Origin: Alphaproteobacteria bacterium | GTDB taxonomy: Bacteria; Pseudomonadota; Alphaproteobacteria; Bin95 | Direction: 5' to 3' | NCBI GenBank assembly: GCA_965205265.1 | Contig: CBDBGH010000003.1 | Span: 5,216,001-5,280,000 of the forward strand | DNA length: 64,000 bases | Shown: positions 9,334 to 19,092 of the stretch, piece by piece | How the letters are laid out: each line of letters opens with the position of its first letter | Position numbering within the stretch: the stretch's first letter is position 1 | Notes under the pieces: generated by a model | Seen by the model: the letters and a program-made list of their open reading frames with translations, nothing else | What the model was told of the DNA's origin: nothing | Databases searched by the model: none | Translations under genes and position numbers: made by a program

Positions 9334-10053
9334 AGTGAGGCGCGCTTGCTCTATCGCAGTTCGCTGGCTCGGCAGGCGGGCTGCGTCAACCGTCGGCGTC
9401 GTCGGAAGTTCCGTGCGATGGAACGCGCCGTCGACGAGCATGACGGGATGACGCTCGATGCCGCCGACGAGGAGGTTTGGGTCTGGTCGGACCTGCACCT
9501 GGGACATGCGAACATCATCGAATATGCAGCGCGACCGTTCGCCGGTGTCGATGAGATGAACGCGTCTCTGTGGCGGCAGTGGGAACGGATTGGAGGACGG
9601 GCGTCGACGATGGTGGTTGTCGGTGACCTGGCGATGGGCAGCGCCGTGTCCGACAACACATGGGCGCGCGTGCAGGGGACGGGGCCTGGAAAGAAAATCC
9701 TGGTGCTCGGGAATCACGACCTTACCGGTTCGGGCAAGGTGCGCGTCGAGGGATTCGATGAAATGGGGTCGCTCATGCTCTGCGCCGGTGACCCACCGCT
9801 TGTCTGGACCCATTTCCCGCTCGACGACGTGCCGGAGGGGTGGGTGAACGTGCATGGACACGAGCACGATGCGCCGCCGCGCGACTCGCGGCACATCAAT
9901 GTATGCGTCGAGCATCTCGACTTCGCGCCGGTGTCCCTCGGGAGGATCAGGGCGCTCGCAAGAGCGCTTGTTCGCGGCTCGGCGCCAACTTGCGGAAGGA
10001 CGATCGAGCGGATCGAAACGATCGAGGCGCGCTCGGCGGCCGGCGGCAACTGA
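9286..10053 (+). CDS. Calcineurin-like metallophosphoesterase (phage-type)
   Basis: SDLHLGH, GD, GNHD, THFP, NVHGHEH, INVCVE. Confidence 0.85.
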   Translation: MGAPDHRLGMEPLLDISEARLLYRSSLARQAGCVNRRRRRKFRAMERAVDEHDGMTLDAADEEVWVWSDLHLGHANIIEYAARPFAGVDEMNASLWRQWERIGGRASTMVVVGDLAMGSAVSDNTWARVQGTGPGKKILVLGNHDLTGSGKVRVEGFDEMGSLMLCAGDPPLVWTHFPLDDVPEGWVNVHGHEHDAPPRDSRHINVCVEHLDFAPVSLGRIRALARALVRGSAPTCGRTIERIETIEARSAAGGN

Positions 10054-10055
10054 CG

Positions 10056-10871
10056 ATGGCAGGCGGCGGCATGCCTGTTCCGTCGCTCTGCGCGGTATTG
10101 CCTGCCAATGCCGGGGGCCGGGATTTCGTAGTCGGCGACATCCATGGCCATTTCCCGACCCTCCGACGGGCGCTCGCCGAGTTGGAGGTCGGCGCCGCCG
10201 ACCGTCTGCTGTCCGTCGGCGACCTTGTCGACCGCGGGCCGTCATCGGAGGAGGCGCTGGACTGGATGACGGGTGACGGGATGGACTGGCGGTTCGATCT
10301 CGTGCTCAGGGGCAATCATGAACAGATGATGCTGGAGGCCCTCGCGGAATGCCCGCTTCCCGGCGTCCGGGACAGTGTCCGGGACTTGTGGTACGGGAAT
10401 GGCGGGCAGTGGTGGGAAACGGCCGGCCAGGAGGCCCGGGCGGCGTTCTGGATGGCGGCTCTCTCGGACCTGCCGTTCGCTGCCCGTGTGGAGACGGCGC
10501 ACGGTCCGGTCGGCCTGGTGCATGCCTGTCCCGTCCACCGGGCCTGGAGGGAATTGGAGCGCGTCCTGGACGACGACAGCCATGCGGGCGATGTCGCCCG
10601 GACGAGGGCGATCTGGAGCCGCGCCTATTTCGGCAGGGTCGAGCCGCTGATCGGCGAGGACGGCAGCGAGTGGCAGGGCCCGGTCGAGGGGGTCAGGGCG
10701 GTTCTGGTCGGACACACAAGGGTCCGCGAGCCGGTCTGGGCAGGGAACGTGCTGCATATCGAGACGGGCGTCTATTCCGGCGGGCCGTTGACCCTGGCGC
10801 GGATAGACGGGCCGGAGATCGAGACCTGGAGTTTCCACCGGGAGGGAGCGGAACCTGTGGAGAGCGCATGA
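10056..10871 (+). CDS. Ser/Thr protein phosphatase (PphA / lambda NinI-like)
   Basis: GDIHG, GDLVDRGP, RGNHE, VHA, GHT. Confidence 0.9.
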   Translation: MAGGGMPVPSLCAVLPANAGGRDFVVGDIHGHFPTLRRALAELEVGAADRLLSVGDLVDRGPSSEEALDWMTGDGMDWRFDLVLRGNHEQMMLEALAECPLPGVRDSVRDLWYGNGGQWWETAGQEARAAFWMAALSDLPFAARVETAHGPVGLVHACPVHRAWRELERVLDDDSHAGDVARTRAIWSRAYFGRVEPLIGEDGSEWQGPVEGVRAVLVGHTRVREPVWAGNVLHIETGVYSGGPLTLARIDGPEIETWSFHREGAEPVESA

Positions 10872-11239
10872 TACGGACAGGGTTGCGGAATCTGGTTGCG
10901 AAGACGGTGGGCGGTGTCGTGCGGGAGTTTTCCCTTCCGGAGCTGCCGGGCGTCCGGATCGTGCATGCTCCGTGGTGGGAGGGCGGCTTCTATTACGAGT
11001 TCGAGGATATGCGAGCGTACGGGGCCTATCTTGAGGAGAGGAGAGCTGCGCAGCCGCGTGTCCCGCCAAACATCAACGGCGAGAGTCTGTATGGCAGGCT
11101 GCTGAAAACGGCGGTCGGGCTCTTTGTCTGGAACTGGGTGTTCTGGACCCGGATGCGCTTGCGTCTGCAAGACAGCCGCGTCCATCGTTGGTTCTTCGGC
11201 CACGGCACGGGACAGTGGTGGTATGATGGACACCGGTGA
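10868..11239 (+). CDS. Hypothetical protein
   Basis: ATGA overlap with the phosphatase gene; aromatic-rich. Confidence 0.5.
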   Translation: MIRTGLRNLVAKTVGGVVREFSLPELPGVRIVHAPWWEGGFYYEFEDMRAYGAYLEERRAAQPRVPPNINGESLYGRLLKTAVGLFVWNWVFWTRMRLRLQDSRVHRWFFGHGTGQWWYDGHR

Positions 11240-11299
11240 TCGATGTCTGGCGGGGACGGGGTGGCTGCCGCCGCGCCGTTTCGAGCGGTCCGGCGACGA

Positions 11300-11467
11300 G
11301 AATTTTCCGGGAACCTCTCGAATTCCTGCACGGTGTGGATTATGCGGTGCTTTTTTGCATGGTGGGAGGGATTGGCGGGACCGGTGAGGGCTCTTCGTGC
11401 GCCTGTTTCGGGGACCTCTCGAAAATGGCCGGATTCCCCTTTGCACAAGAAGGGGTTAGAAGGGACC
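11300..11467 (+). promoter_or_regulatory. Putative CRISPR leader
   Basis: Non-coding, relatively AT-rich, contains ACCTCTCGAA twice about 100 bp apart, abuts repeat 1. Confidence 0.55.
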
Positions 11468-11802
11468 CTATCCAGAGCCTCTGTGTTCCGGCCACACATT
11501 GAAGGCTGTGACCCTGGCGACCGCGTTGAGCATCCCGGCGGCTATCCAGAGCCTCTGTGTTCCGGCCACACATTGAAGGTGAGGGCTGACCGGTGAAGGC
11601 GTCGGCATTCCTCGGCCTATCCGGAGCCTCTGCGCTCCGGCCGCATTGAAGGTTTTCCCTGTCGCCCGGCTAAGTCCTCGAGCGCGCGGTCTATCCGGAG
11701 CCTCTGTGCTCCGGCCACATTGAAGGTGAACGCGGGACAGGAATGCGATAACGAGAAGGCCGGGTTATTCGGAGCCTCTGCGCTCCGGCCACACATTGAA
11801 GC
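11468..11802 (+). CRISPR. Orphan CRISPR mini-array, 5 repeats and 4 spacers (type I-G/I-U-like repeat)
   Basis: Repeats start at 11468, 11542, 11617, 11691 and 11765; consensus CTATCCGGAGCCTCTGTGCTCCGGCCAC(AC)ATTGAAGG with a CCGGAGC/GCTCCGG hairpin; unique spacers of 36-38 nt; no cas gene in the window. Confidence 0.92.
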
Positions 11803-11934
11803 AGTCGAAAAGCGGAGGATGCGGTATGGCAAGCGAATTCTGTCCGGAGCACAGGTTTCGGAAGGGTTGGTCAGTGGCACGATCCTCCGCTATTCTATGA
11901 GCGGCACCTGCACGAACTGTCAGGAGGGACCCAG

Positions 11935-13081
11935 ATGAATGCGGAAGCGTTGGCCTTGGCGGCCGAGATTCGCGACTGCCTCGTGGTAATCGGGGACTCT
12001 CTTTAGCCGGGCGGCGTCTGCGGACCGGCTGGCGGTCCTGGATGCTCAAGCCGAAAATCCCGAACTCTGGAACGACCCGGCGCATGCCCGGGCGGTGATG
12101 CGCGAGCGACGGCATCTGGCCGGAAGGCTGGATGACCGGCGGCGCATGGAACAGGCGCTCCAGGACGCGCTCACGCTATGCGCTCTGGGCGAAGAGGAGG
12201 GAGATCCGGCGATCGTGGCCGAAGCCGCGGCCGGACTCCGGGCGCTGTGCCGGCAGGCCCGTCAGCGACGGCTCGAAACGCTGTTGTCCGGCGAAGCTGA
12301 CGGCAATGACTGCTACCTGGAAGTCACTGCCGGGGCCGGAGGCACGGAAGCCCAGGCCTGGGCGTGCATGCTGCTGCGCATGTATCTGCGCTGGGCTGGG
12401 GCCAAGGGCCATGAGATCGAGTGGCTGGAAGAGAGCCCCGGCAGTGAGGGAGGCCTCAAGTCGGCTTCGGTACTTGTCAGCGGCGTAAACGCCTATGGCT
12501 GGCTGAAGACCGAGAGCGGCGTTCATCGCCTTTCGCGGATATCGCCGTTCGACAGGCGGGCCCGGCGTCAGACGAGCTTTGCCTCGGCCTGGATATGGCC
12601 GGCCGTCGACGAGGAACGGGTCGGGATCGAGGTCGATGAAAGGGACCTCAGGATCGACCGCTACCGGGCGTCCGGGGCGGGCGGCCAGCACGTCAACAGG
12701 CGCGAGTCGGCGGTGCGGATCACGCACCTGCCTACCGGGACGGTCGTGCAGTGCCAGGACGAGCGCTCCCAGCACCGCAACCGGTCGACGGCGATGTCCA
12801 TGCTGAAGGCGCGGCTCTATGAGCGCGAACTTCGGGAACGGGAGGCGCGGGCGGCAGCGGAGGCCGCCGCAAAACCCGAGATCGCATGGGGCCGCCAGAT
12901 CCGGTCATACGTGCTTCAGCCGCAGCAACTGGTGAAAGACCTGCGGACCGGCCTGGAGAGGAATGACGCCGGGTCCGTCCTCGACGGGGATATAGACCGG
13001 TTCCTCAGTGCGGCGCTGGCGGCGCGGAGTGCGTATGCGGTGCGGGCGAGGCAGCCGGCTTTCAGCTTGACGACGGCTTGA
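11935..13081 (+). CDS. prfB: Peptide chain release factor 2, needs a +1 frameshift at 12001-12006; last codons replaced by IS66
   Basis: SPF and GGQ motifs, GAGGTEA, WGRQIRSY; 23-codon first ORF MNAEAL...GDSL, then the +1 frame continues ...ENPELWNDP. Confidence 0.92.
11992..12007 (+). promoter_or_regulatory. prfB +1 frameshift cassette, variant GGGGAC-TCT-CTT-TAG-C
   Basis: Same position as the canonical SD-NNN-CTT-TGA-C site, but the stop is TAG and the internal SD is weak. Confidence 0.8.
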
Positions 13082-14663
13082 AGTTCCAGGGAAGCAGTTC
13101 ATCGAGGCGGTCATTGGGATGACCGGCTGCGATGGCTTCGAGTGTGGCCTTGAGCCAGGCGTGTGGCTCGACCTCGTTCAACTTCGCCGTCTGGATGAGG
13201 GATGCTATGCGTCCCCAGGCGGCGGCGCCGTCGTCGTGACCGGCGAACAAGGCGTTTTTCCGTGTAAGGACCACGGGCCGCAGGCTGTTTTCGACGGCAT
13301 TGCTATCCATTTCGACGCGGCCGTCGTCGAGGAAGATCCGGAGGCCGTCCCAATGACGGGCGATATAGGCGAGCTTTTCGCCGAGCCGGGACTTGGGCGA
13401 GACGCGGACGCGCTGCTGCGTCAGCCATTCGCCGAAGGCCTCGACCAGGGGCGCGGAGCGCGTTTGCCGTTCGGCGAGGCGCAGCTCCGGCGGGCTGCCG
13501 CGTATATCGGCCTCGATGGCGTAGAGTTCGGCGATCCGGCGTAAGCCCTCGGCTGCGATTTCCGAGCCGCTGCTGTCGTGGATTTCGCGAAGCCGGCGCC
13601 GACAATGGGCCCAACAGTAGGCCAGCCGCAGCGGCGCGCCGCCCTTGCGGCTCGGTCCGGCCAGCCGGCTGTAGCCGGCATAGCCATCGACCTGCAGGAT
13701 GCCGTCGAAGCCATCAAGGAAGCGCTCCGCATGTTCGCCGCCGCGCCCGGGGGCGTAGAAGTAGACGACGCCCGGTGGATCGGGCCCGCCCCAGGAACGG
13801 TCGTCGCGGGCCAGCGCCCATAACCAGCCGGTCTTCGTCCTGCCGCGGCCCGGATCGAGCACCGGCGCCCGCGTCTCATCCATGAAGAGCTTGGACGACC
13901 GTTTCAGGTGCCGTGCCAGGCGGTCAACCACCGGCCTGAGGTGGAACGAGGCCTTGCCGACCCAGCCGGCCAGCGTCGAGCGGTCCAGATCGAGGCCTGA
14001 GCGGGCATAGATCTGCGTCTGACGGTGCAACGGACAATGATCGGCGTATTTCGAGACCAGCACATGCGCGATAGCGCCTTCGGTCGGCAGCGCCCCTTCG
14101 ATCAGCCGGGCCGGCGCCGGCGCCTGGGTCACGCCTTCCTCACACCGGCGGCAGGCGTATTTCGGGCGCACCGTGACGATCACCCGCAACTGCGCCGGCA
14201 CGATGTCCAGGCGCTCCGTGCGATCCTCGCCGATCTTCGCCATTTCCCCGCAGCCGCAGGGGCAGAGCGTGCTCTCCGGCTCGATCACCTGCTCGATCCG
14301 CTCCAGGTGGTCCGGCAAATGGCCGAGATTGCGCGCCGGGCGAGGACGCTTCGGCGATTGGGCCGGCGCCGGATCGGCCGGCGTGATCGCTTCCTCGATC
14401 TCTTCCGCCGCCGCAACAAGGTCCTCGAACGCCAGCTGGCGCTCGTCCGCCGTCAGCTTCTCCGACCTTTTCCCGTAGATAACGCGCTGCAGCTCGCGCA
14501 CCAGGTGTTCGAGACGGCGGATGCGCTCGGACTGCGCCTCATTGCGGTCCGTCAACACCTCGTTCTCGGTGCGAAGCGTCTCCAGCGCCATGATCGCCTG
14601 CACCGCCGCTTCCCGCTGTTCGGGTGTCAGCGTTTCAAGGTCGATCTCCGCAAGCGCAGCCAT
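13062..14663 (-). CDS. tnpC: IS66 transposase TnpC
   Basis: YGKRSEK, CPCGC, MDET, QVDGY, CWAHCRR, DSNAVEN. Confidence 0.95.
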   Translation of the reverse strand: MAALAEIDLETLTPEQREAAVQAIMALETLRTENEVLTDRNEAQSERIRRLEHLVRELQRVIYGKRSEKLTADERQLAFEDLVAAAEEIEEAITPADPAPAQSPKRPRPARNLGHLPDHLERIEQVIEPESTLCPCGCGEMAKIGEDRTERLDIVPAQLRVIVTVRPKYACRRCEEGVTQAPAPARLIEGALPTEGAIAHVLVSKYADHCPLHRQTQIYARSGLDLDRSTLAGWVGKASFHLRPVVDRLARHLKRSSKLFMDETRAPVLDPGRGRTKTGWLWALARDDRSWGGPDPPGVVYFYAPGRGGEHAERFLDGFDGILQVDGYAGYSRLAGPSRKGGAPLRLAYCWAHCRRRLREIHDSSGSEIAAEGLRRIAELYAIEADIRGSPPELRLAERQTRSAPLVEAFGEWLTQQRVRVSPKSRLGEKLAYIARHWDGLRIFLDDGRVEMDSNAVENSLRPVVLTRKNALFAGHDDGAAAWGRIASLIQTAKLNEVEPHAWLKATLEAIAAGHPNDRLDELLPWNFKPSSS

Positions 14664-14718
14664 GGCTCGCTTGGTAGCACAGTGTCGCGGAGCCGGACGC
14701 CCCGATCCACCGGCTGAG

Positions 14719-15072
14719 TCACTCCGCCTCAGCCGGGCGCCGCGCCGACAGCGCCCGCACGCGACGCCAGTCCAGGCCCGCGAACAAGGCCTCGAACTGC
14801 GCATGGCTCAGCGACATCACCCCGTCGCGGATCGCCGGCCATACAAAGCCCTGGTCCTCCAGACGCTTGTAGATCAGCACCAGCCCGGTCCCGTCCCAGA
14901 AGACCAGCTTCAGCCTGTCAGCTCGCCTCGATCGAAAGACGTATACCGTGCCGGTGAACGGGTCCCGCCGCAGCGCGCCCTTCACATGCGCGACAAGGCC
15001 GTCGTGCTGGCGGCGGAAGTCGACGGGCTTCGTTGCGACAACGATCCGCACCCGGTTCGACGGGAAGATCAT
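14719..15072 (-). CDS. tnpB: IS66 accessory protein TnpB
   Basis: PVDFRR..DGL, VFRSRRADRLKLVFWDGTG. Confidence 0.93.
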   Translation of the reverse strand: MIFPSNRVRIVVATKPVDFRRQHDGLVAHVKGALRRDPFTGTVYVFRSRRADRLKLVFWDGTGLVLIYKRLEDQGFVWPAIRDGVMSLSHAQFEALFAGLDWRRVRALSARRPAEAE

Positions 15073-15458
15073 GACAGCGCATTCAGCGCAGACACGATCT
15101 CCGCCAGCCGGCCCGCCGGCACCGCCGCATCCAGACGGACCGTAACCCGGTCCAGAACCACTTCCAGACACCCACCGTTCGCCTCGGCGCCGTGCCCTTC
15201 AGCCCGGACCACCAGCGGCGCAAACTCCACTGCCTCGTCCGCTGCAGGCAAAACCAGGCGACCCTCCCGCGCCTTGCGACGCCAGTCCGACAGATGGCTT
15301 GGGCGAAGATCGTAACGCCGTGCTACCGAGGCCACCCTCGCGCCAGGCTCAAGCGTCTCCGCTACAATCCGCGCCTTCAACTCTTCCGGCCAGCGACGGC
15401 GACCCTTCACTCCACCGATCACCTCGACCGGGCTGAGAAACTCCGCAGTGCGCTCCAT
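15069..15458 (-). CDS. tnpA: IS66 accessory protein TnpA (HTH)
   Basis: RRRWPEELKARIVAE...VARRYDL....LSDWRR. Confidence 0.9.
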   Translation of the reverse strand: MERTAEFLSPVEVIGGVKGRRRWPEELKARIVAETLEPGARVASVARRYDLRPSHLSDWRRKAREGRLVLPAADEAVEFAPLVVRAEGHGAEANGGCLEVVLDRVTVRLDAAVPAGRLAEIVSALNALS

Positions 15459-15622
15459 GGAGAAACTCCTCTACGTCCTCCCGAACGTAGCGGAGTCTCA
15501 AATCCCGAGACCGAGCGGAAGGTGCCCCTGCCGCATCGCTTACCGGAGTGCAGCGGGGTCCGGGTAATGGTGGGGGTGTGCGGCAGCAAGGGCGCCAGGA
15601 GACCGTTTGCAAGAAGTCCCTT

Positions 15623-15698
15623 TGGAAGGCCCGCCGGGACTTGAACCCGGAACCTGGCGGTTAAGAGCCGCCCGCTCTGCCGTTTGAGCTACAGGCCT
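15623..15698 (-). tRNA. tRNA-Lys(CUU)
   Basis: Cloverleaf: acceptor AGGCCTG/CGGGCCT, anticodon arm GGCGG-CT-CTT-AA-CCGCC, T-loop GTTCAAGTC, encoded CCA; discriminator U. Confidence 0.92.
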
Positions 15699-16290
15699 TC
15701 GGAGGGCGCGGGAATATAGGGCGGCTTGCGAATTTGGGAAGGGCCGGGCGGTCCGTTGCCTTGTCTGCGGCGAATGGCAAGCCTGTTCATGCGTGCCACC
15801 TGAGCACATGAGAGCTGCAGAGCCGGGTGTCGGGGGCTTGGCTAGACAGGAGCGCCGTTCTCCCTTACAGTATTCTTGGAAGGTGCATGGGGTATATGGG
15901 GTATCCCTCTACCAGCCGAGCAGACGCCGACGGGCACCCCTGCCAGCCGAAAGAGGGTCACCTTTCCCGTTCCTTGCGACGGCGAGGAATGACATGGCGA
16001 GGCAAGGGAACGGCGGCTCCGGCCGCCGTTCGCTCGTTGGGCGGCTTGCATGAGCGGCTCCCCCCCCTGCCTTCTCGATCCGCAACCCGGCCGAACGCGG
16101 CGCGGTCCTCGTACGCTGGCCCGTCGGCGCATGGCATGACTTTCGGATGTGCCGCGGGAAGACAGTGAACAGCACGGCAGCATGCCTCTGGCGTGCCGGA
16201 GATCCTGCGGGCGGTGCGGATTTTCATGGGACTGACATAGAGTGGCGGCAGTGCGCCGGCCGTCCCGAGGGGCCGAGAGGAGAGTGACAG

Positions 16291-17442
16291 ATGGATTCCA
16301 CGCCGATCACGTTGGAGGAAATCCGTGAACTGGTCGCGTCCCGGCAGAGCGGTCGGCGGCTCGACCTGAGGGGGCGTGACCTCTCAGGCCTGGACCTCTC
16401 GGGTTTTGCTCTCGGGGCCGTCGATCTGAAATTCTGCAATGCCGCCGGAACGAGGTTCGACGGTGCGGAGCTGACCGGCTCGGACTGGGAGGGAACGGAT
16501 CTGAAGGGGGCGAGCTTCAGAAATGCGGGCTTGAGCGGGGCCTTCTTCAGCATGAACGGGGAGCTTTCCGAGGTCGATTTCACTGGAGCCATGCTGCGCG
16601 AGGCTCACTTCTACGATTGCAGCATGGAGAATATCGATTTCACGAACGCCGACCTTTCAGGTGCGGACTTCCATTCGGTAACGGCGCAGAGCGTGATCTT
16701 CGACGGCGCGGATCTCCGGAACATCGAGCGGACCGACGCCAGTGTCCCGTTCCCTGCCATGAACTGGCGGAAGGCGGAAACCCGGGCGGCCGCCAACCTT
16801 CTGGCCCTGGTCGAGGACTATGGCAGGGAGGCGGAGAAGGCGCACCCGGCCCAGGTTGAGATATCGCTCGAGCAACTCAATGGTGCCTTGGCCGAGGTCA
16901 TGGAGCGCGCCCGGGAGCGGAGCAGGGAGGCGCAGCAGGCTCGTGCGGCGCTCCATGTCCGTGTCTTGAACGGCGAGCGCCGGTTTGCAGGAGAACGATT
17001 CGAGTTCATGACCCTGACGGACCTCGACCTGTCGGGTTGTGACTTCTCGGGCTGCTCCTTCCGGGGGAGCCGACTGTCGGGGTCCGACCTGTCCGGGGCC
17101 ATCCTGAAAGATACCTTCCTGCTGGACGCCGTCTTCAACGGGGCCAAGTGCAGGAAGACCGACTTCACGTCCGCGTCGGCGACCATGGCGAGCTTCCTGG
17201 GCGCGGACATGAGGGAGGCGGTGCTGCGGCAGGCCTCCCTCGACAATGCCGACTTCCGGGGCGCCTGGCTCGAGGACACGGATTTCTCCGGGGCGGAAGG
17301 CAGGAACATCGATTTCCGGGAGGCGCACATGGGGGCAGACGAATGGGAGGGGGCGGAGATTGCCGGCCCGATCCTGCGCAGCCCGCGGACGGGTCCGGAG
17401 GCCGCTCCTGAAGACGCGGTGGCGGCTGGCCCCGCGCCATGA
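16291..17442 (+). CDS. Pentapeptide repeat protein with two repeat blocks
   Basis: Two pentapeptide arrays joined by a helical linker; ends AAGPAP. Confidence 0.9.
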   Translation: MDSTPITLEEIRELVASRQSGRRLDLRGRDLSGLDLSGFALGAVDLKFCNAAGTRFDGAELTGSDWEGTDLKGASFRNAGLSGAFFSMNGELSEVDFTGAMLREAHFYDCSMENIDFTNADLSGADFHSVTAQSVIFDGADLRNIERTDASVPFPAMNWRKAETRAAANLLALVEDYGREAEKAHPAQVEISLEQLNGALAEVMERARERSREAQQARAALHVRVLNGERRFAGERFEFMTLTDLDLSGCDFSGCSFRGSRLSGSDLSGAILKDTFLLDAVFNGAKCRKTDFTSASATMASFLGADMREAVLRQASLDNADFRGAWLEDTDFSGAEGRNIDFREAHMGADEWEGAEIAGPILRSPRTGPEAAPEDAVAAGPAP

Positions 17443-17911
17443 GGCGCGCACAGGAGCGGGGCCCCGGAGACAACCAGGCCCTGGGCGGGCTGTGAGGAGG
17501 GGTCTTTCCGAAACGCAAGCGAACCCTGAATCCAAGGTGCCGGAAGGCCCGTAGGGCAGGTTTGGTCATTTCAGGAGAGCCGATGAAGATTTTGGGGGGA
17601 GGAATCGAGCCCGCCAATTGCCGAGCGGGCGATGCATCTCCGCCGACCTCCGGTCCCCGGCTCACCGCGAGAGCCGTGTTCACCACCAGTCAGCCGGTTC
17701 TTCCTCCGGCGGGACATCCGTCCAGCGAACGGACAGGTCGCGGAACGATCCCGGCAGCCCGGACAGGGCCGGGTCGTCGAAGGACAGGCCGAGATGTCCC
17801 GTCGCGATCGCGGCGGCGAGGCGCGCCTGTTCCGCGTCCCGGACCCGTTTCAGCGGGTCCCGGGTGGAGTCGTTTTCCACGATCCACTGCTTTTGCAGGG
17901 CGAACACCCTA

Positions 17912-19089
17912 GTATCCTGATCGAGAAGTTTATTAGAATAAGATTATCGGTTTTGATGGAGGGCTGACCGGTGGGGAGAGCAGCGGTCGCGATTACTTTG
18001 TCGGCAGCAGAACGACGAGAGTTGGAGGGTTTGGCGCGGCGTCGGAAGACGGCGCAGGGACTGGCGCGTCGGGCTCGGATTGTCCTGGCTGCTGCTGAGG
18101 GTCTGGAGAACAAGGCGATAGTTGCGCGCTTGGGAGCGGATGCGAATACGGTCGGCAAATGGCGGCGGCGTTTTGCCGAGCGCGGGCTTGACGGGCTCTA
18201 TGACGAGCCGCGCCCGGGCGCTCCGCGCAAGATCGGTGACGAGGAGGTTGCGGAGGTCATTGCCCGCACCCTGGAAGAAACACCCCCCGACGGCACGCAT
18301 TGGAGCCTGCGCTCGATGGCGCGCGCTGCAGGCTATGCGCCCTCGACGATCCATCGCATCTGGCAGGCTTTCGGCCTGCAGCCGCATCGCTCGGAGACGT
18401 TCAAGCTGTCGTCGGACCCACTGTTTGTGGAGAAGGTGCGGGACATTGTCGGCCTCTATCTCGACCCGCCCGAGCGCGCGCTGGTGCTCTGCGTCGATGA
18501 GAAGAGCCAGATCCAAGCTCTGGACCGCTCCCGCCCGCTGCTTCCCATGCGGCCGGGTCAGGTCGAGCGGCGTACTCATGACTACACGCGCCATGGCACC
18601 ACCACGCTGTTCGCGGCGCTGGACATCGCCACCGGCCGGGTCATCGGCCAGTGCTTGCCGCGCCACCGCAGCCGGGAGTTCCTCAAGTTCCTGCGCACGC
18701 TCGAAGCCCAGGTCCCCGGCGAACTCGACGTCCATCTGGTGATGGACAACTACGCAACCCACAAGACGCCCGCCGTCCGGCGTTGGCTGGCCCGGCATCC
18801 CCGCTGGCATGTCCACTTCACGCCCACCGGCGCCTCCTGGCTCAACCAGGTCGAGCGCTTCTTCGCACTCTTGACCGAGAAACAGCTCAGGCGCGGGGTT
18901 CATCGCTCGCCCCAGGAACTCGAGCAGGCCATCCGGAACTACATCGACACCGTCAACGCCGACCCGCGACCCTTCCGCTGGACCAAATCCGCCGACGACA
19001 TCCTTGCCACCATCAAGCGCTTCTGTCTGCGGACGCTGGAAACTGCCGAACGCCAGATGAAAATCATCAAAACTTCAGAATCAGGACAC
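17912..19089 (+). mobile_element. IS630-family element, copy 1 (TA duplication in a CTAG site)
   Basis: IRs GTATCCTGATCGAGAAGTTT and AAACTTCAGAATCAGGACAC; TA at 17910 and 19090. Confidence 0.95.
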
Positions 19090-19092
19090 TAG
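17971..19092 (+). CDS. IS630 transposase
   Basis: HTH; [29 protein letters not shown]. Confidence 0.95.
   Translation: MGRAAVAITLSAAERRELEGLARRRKTAQGLARRARIVLAAAEGLENKAIVARLGADANTVGKWRRRFAERGLDGLYDEPRPGAPRKIGDEEVAEVIARTLEETPPDGTHWSLRSMARAAGYAPSTIHRIWQAFGLQPHRSETFKLSSDPLFVEKVRDIVGLYLDPPERALVLCVDEKSQIQALDRSRPLLPMRPGQVERRTHDYTRHGTTTLFAALDIATGRVIGQCLPRHRSREFLKFLRTLEAQVPGELDVHLVMDNYATHKTPAVRRWLARHPRWHVHFTPTGASWLNQVERFFALLTEKQLRRGVHRSPQELEQAIRNYIDTVNADPRPFRWTKSADDILATIKRFCLRTLETAERQMKIIKTSESGH

Larger units (their letters stand above)
13033..15543 (-). mobile_element. IS66-family element with 8-bp TSD CGGAGTGC
   Basis: Ends GTATGCGGTGCGG and CCGCATCGCTTAC; TSD at 13025-13032 and 15544-15551; tnpA-tnpB-tnpC order. 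Confidence 0.95.

Noticed and set aside
11935-12006. TAG stop-codon reassignment in this element
   Set aside because: Many clear genes (dnaB, ankyrin, thyX, nfeD) end at TAG; no suppressor tRNA; RF2 homology continues in the +1 frame, not by readthrough
15720-16290. oriT or oriV in the non-coding gap (ATGGGGTAT twice)
   Set aside because: Only a two-unit repeat; no recognisable nic site or iterons and no adjacent relaxase or rep gene
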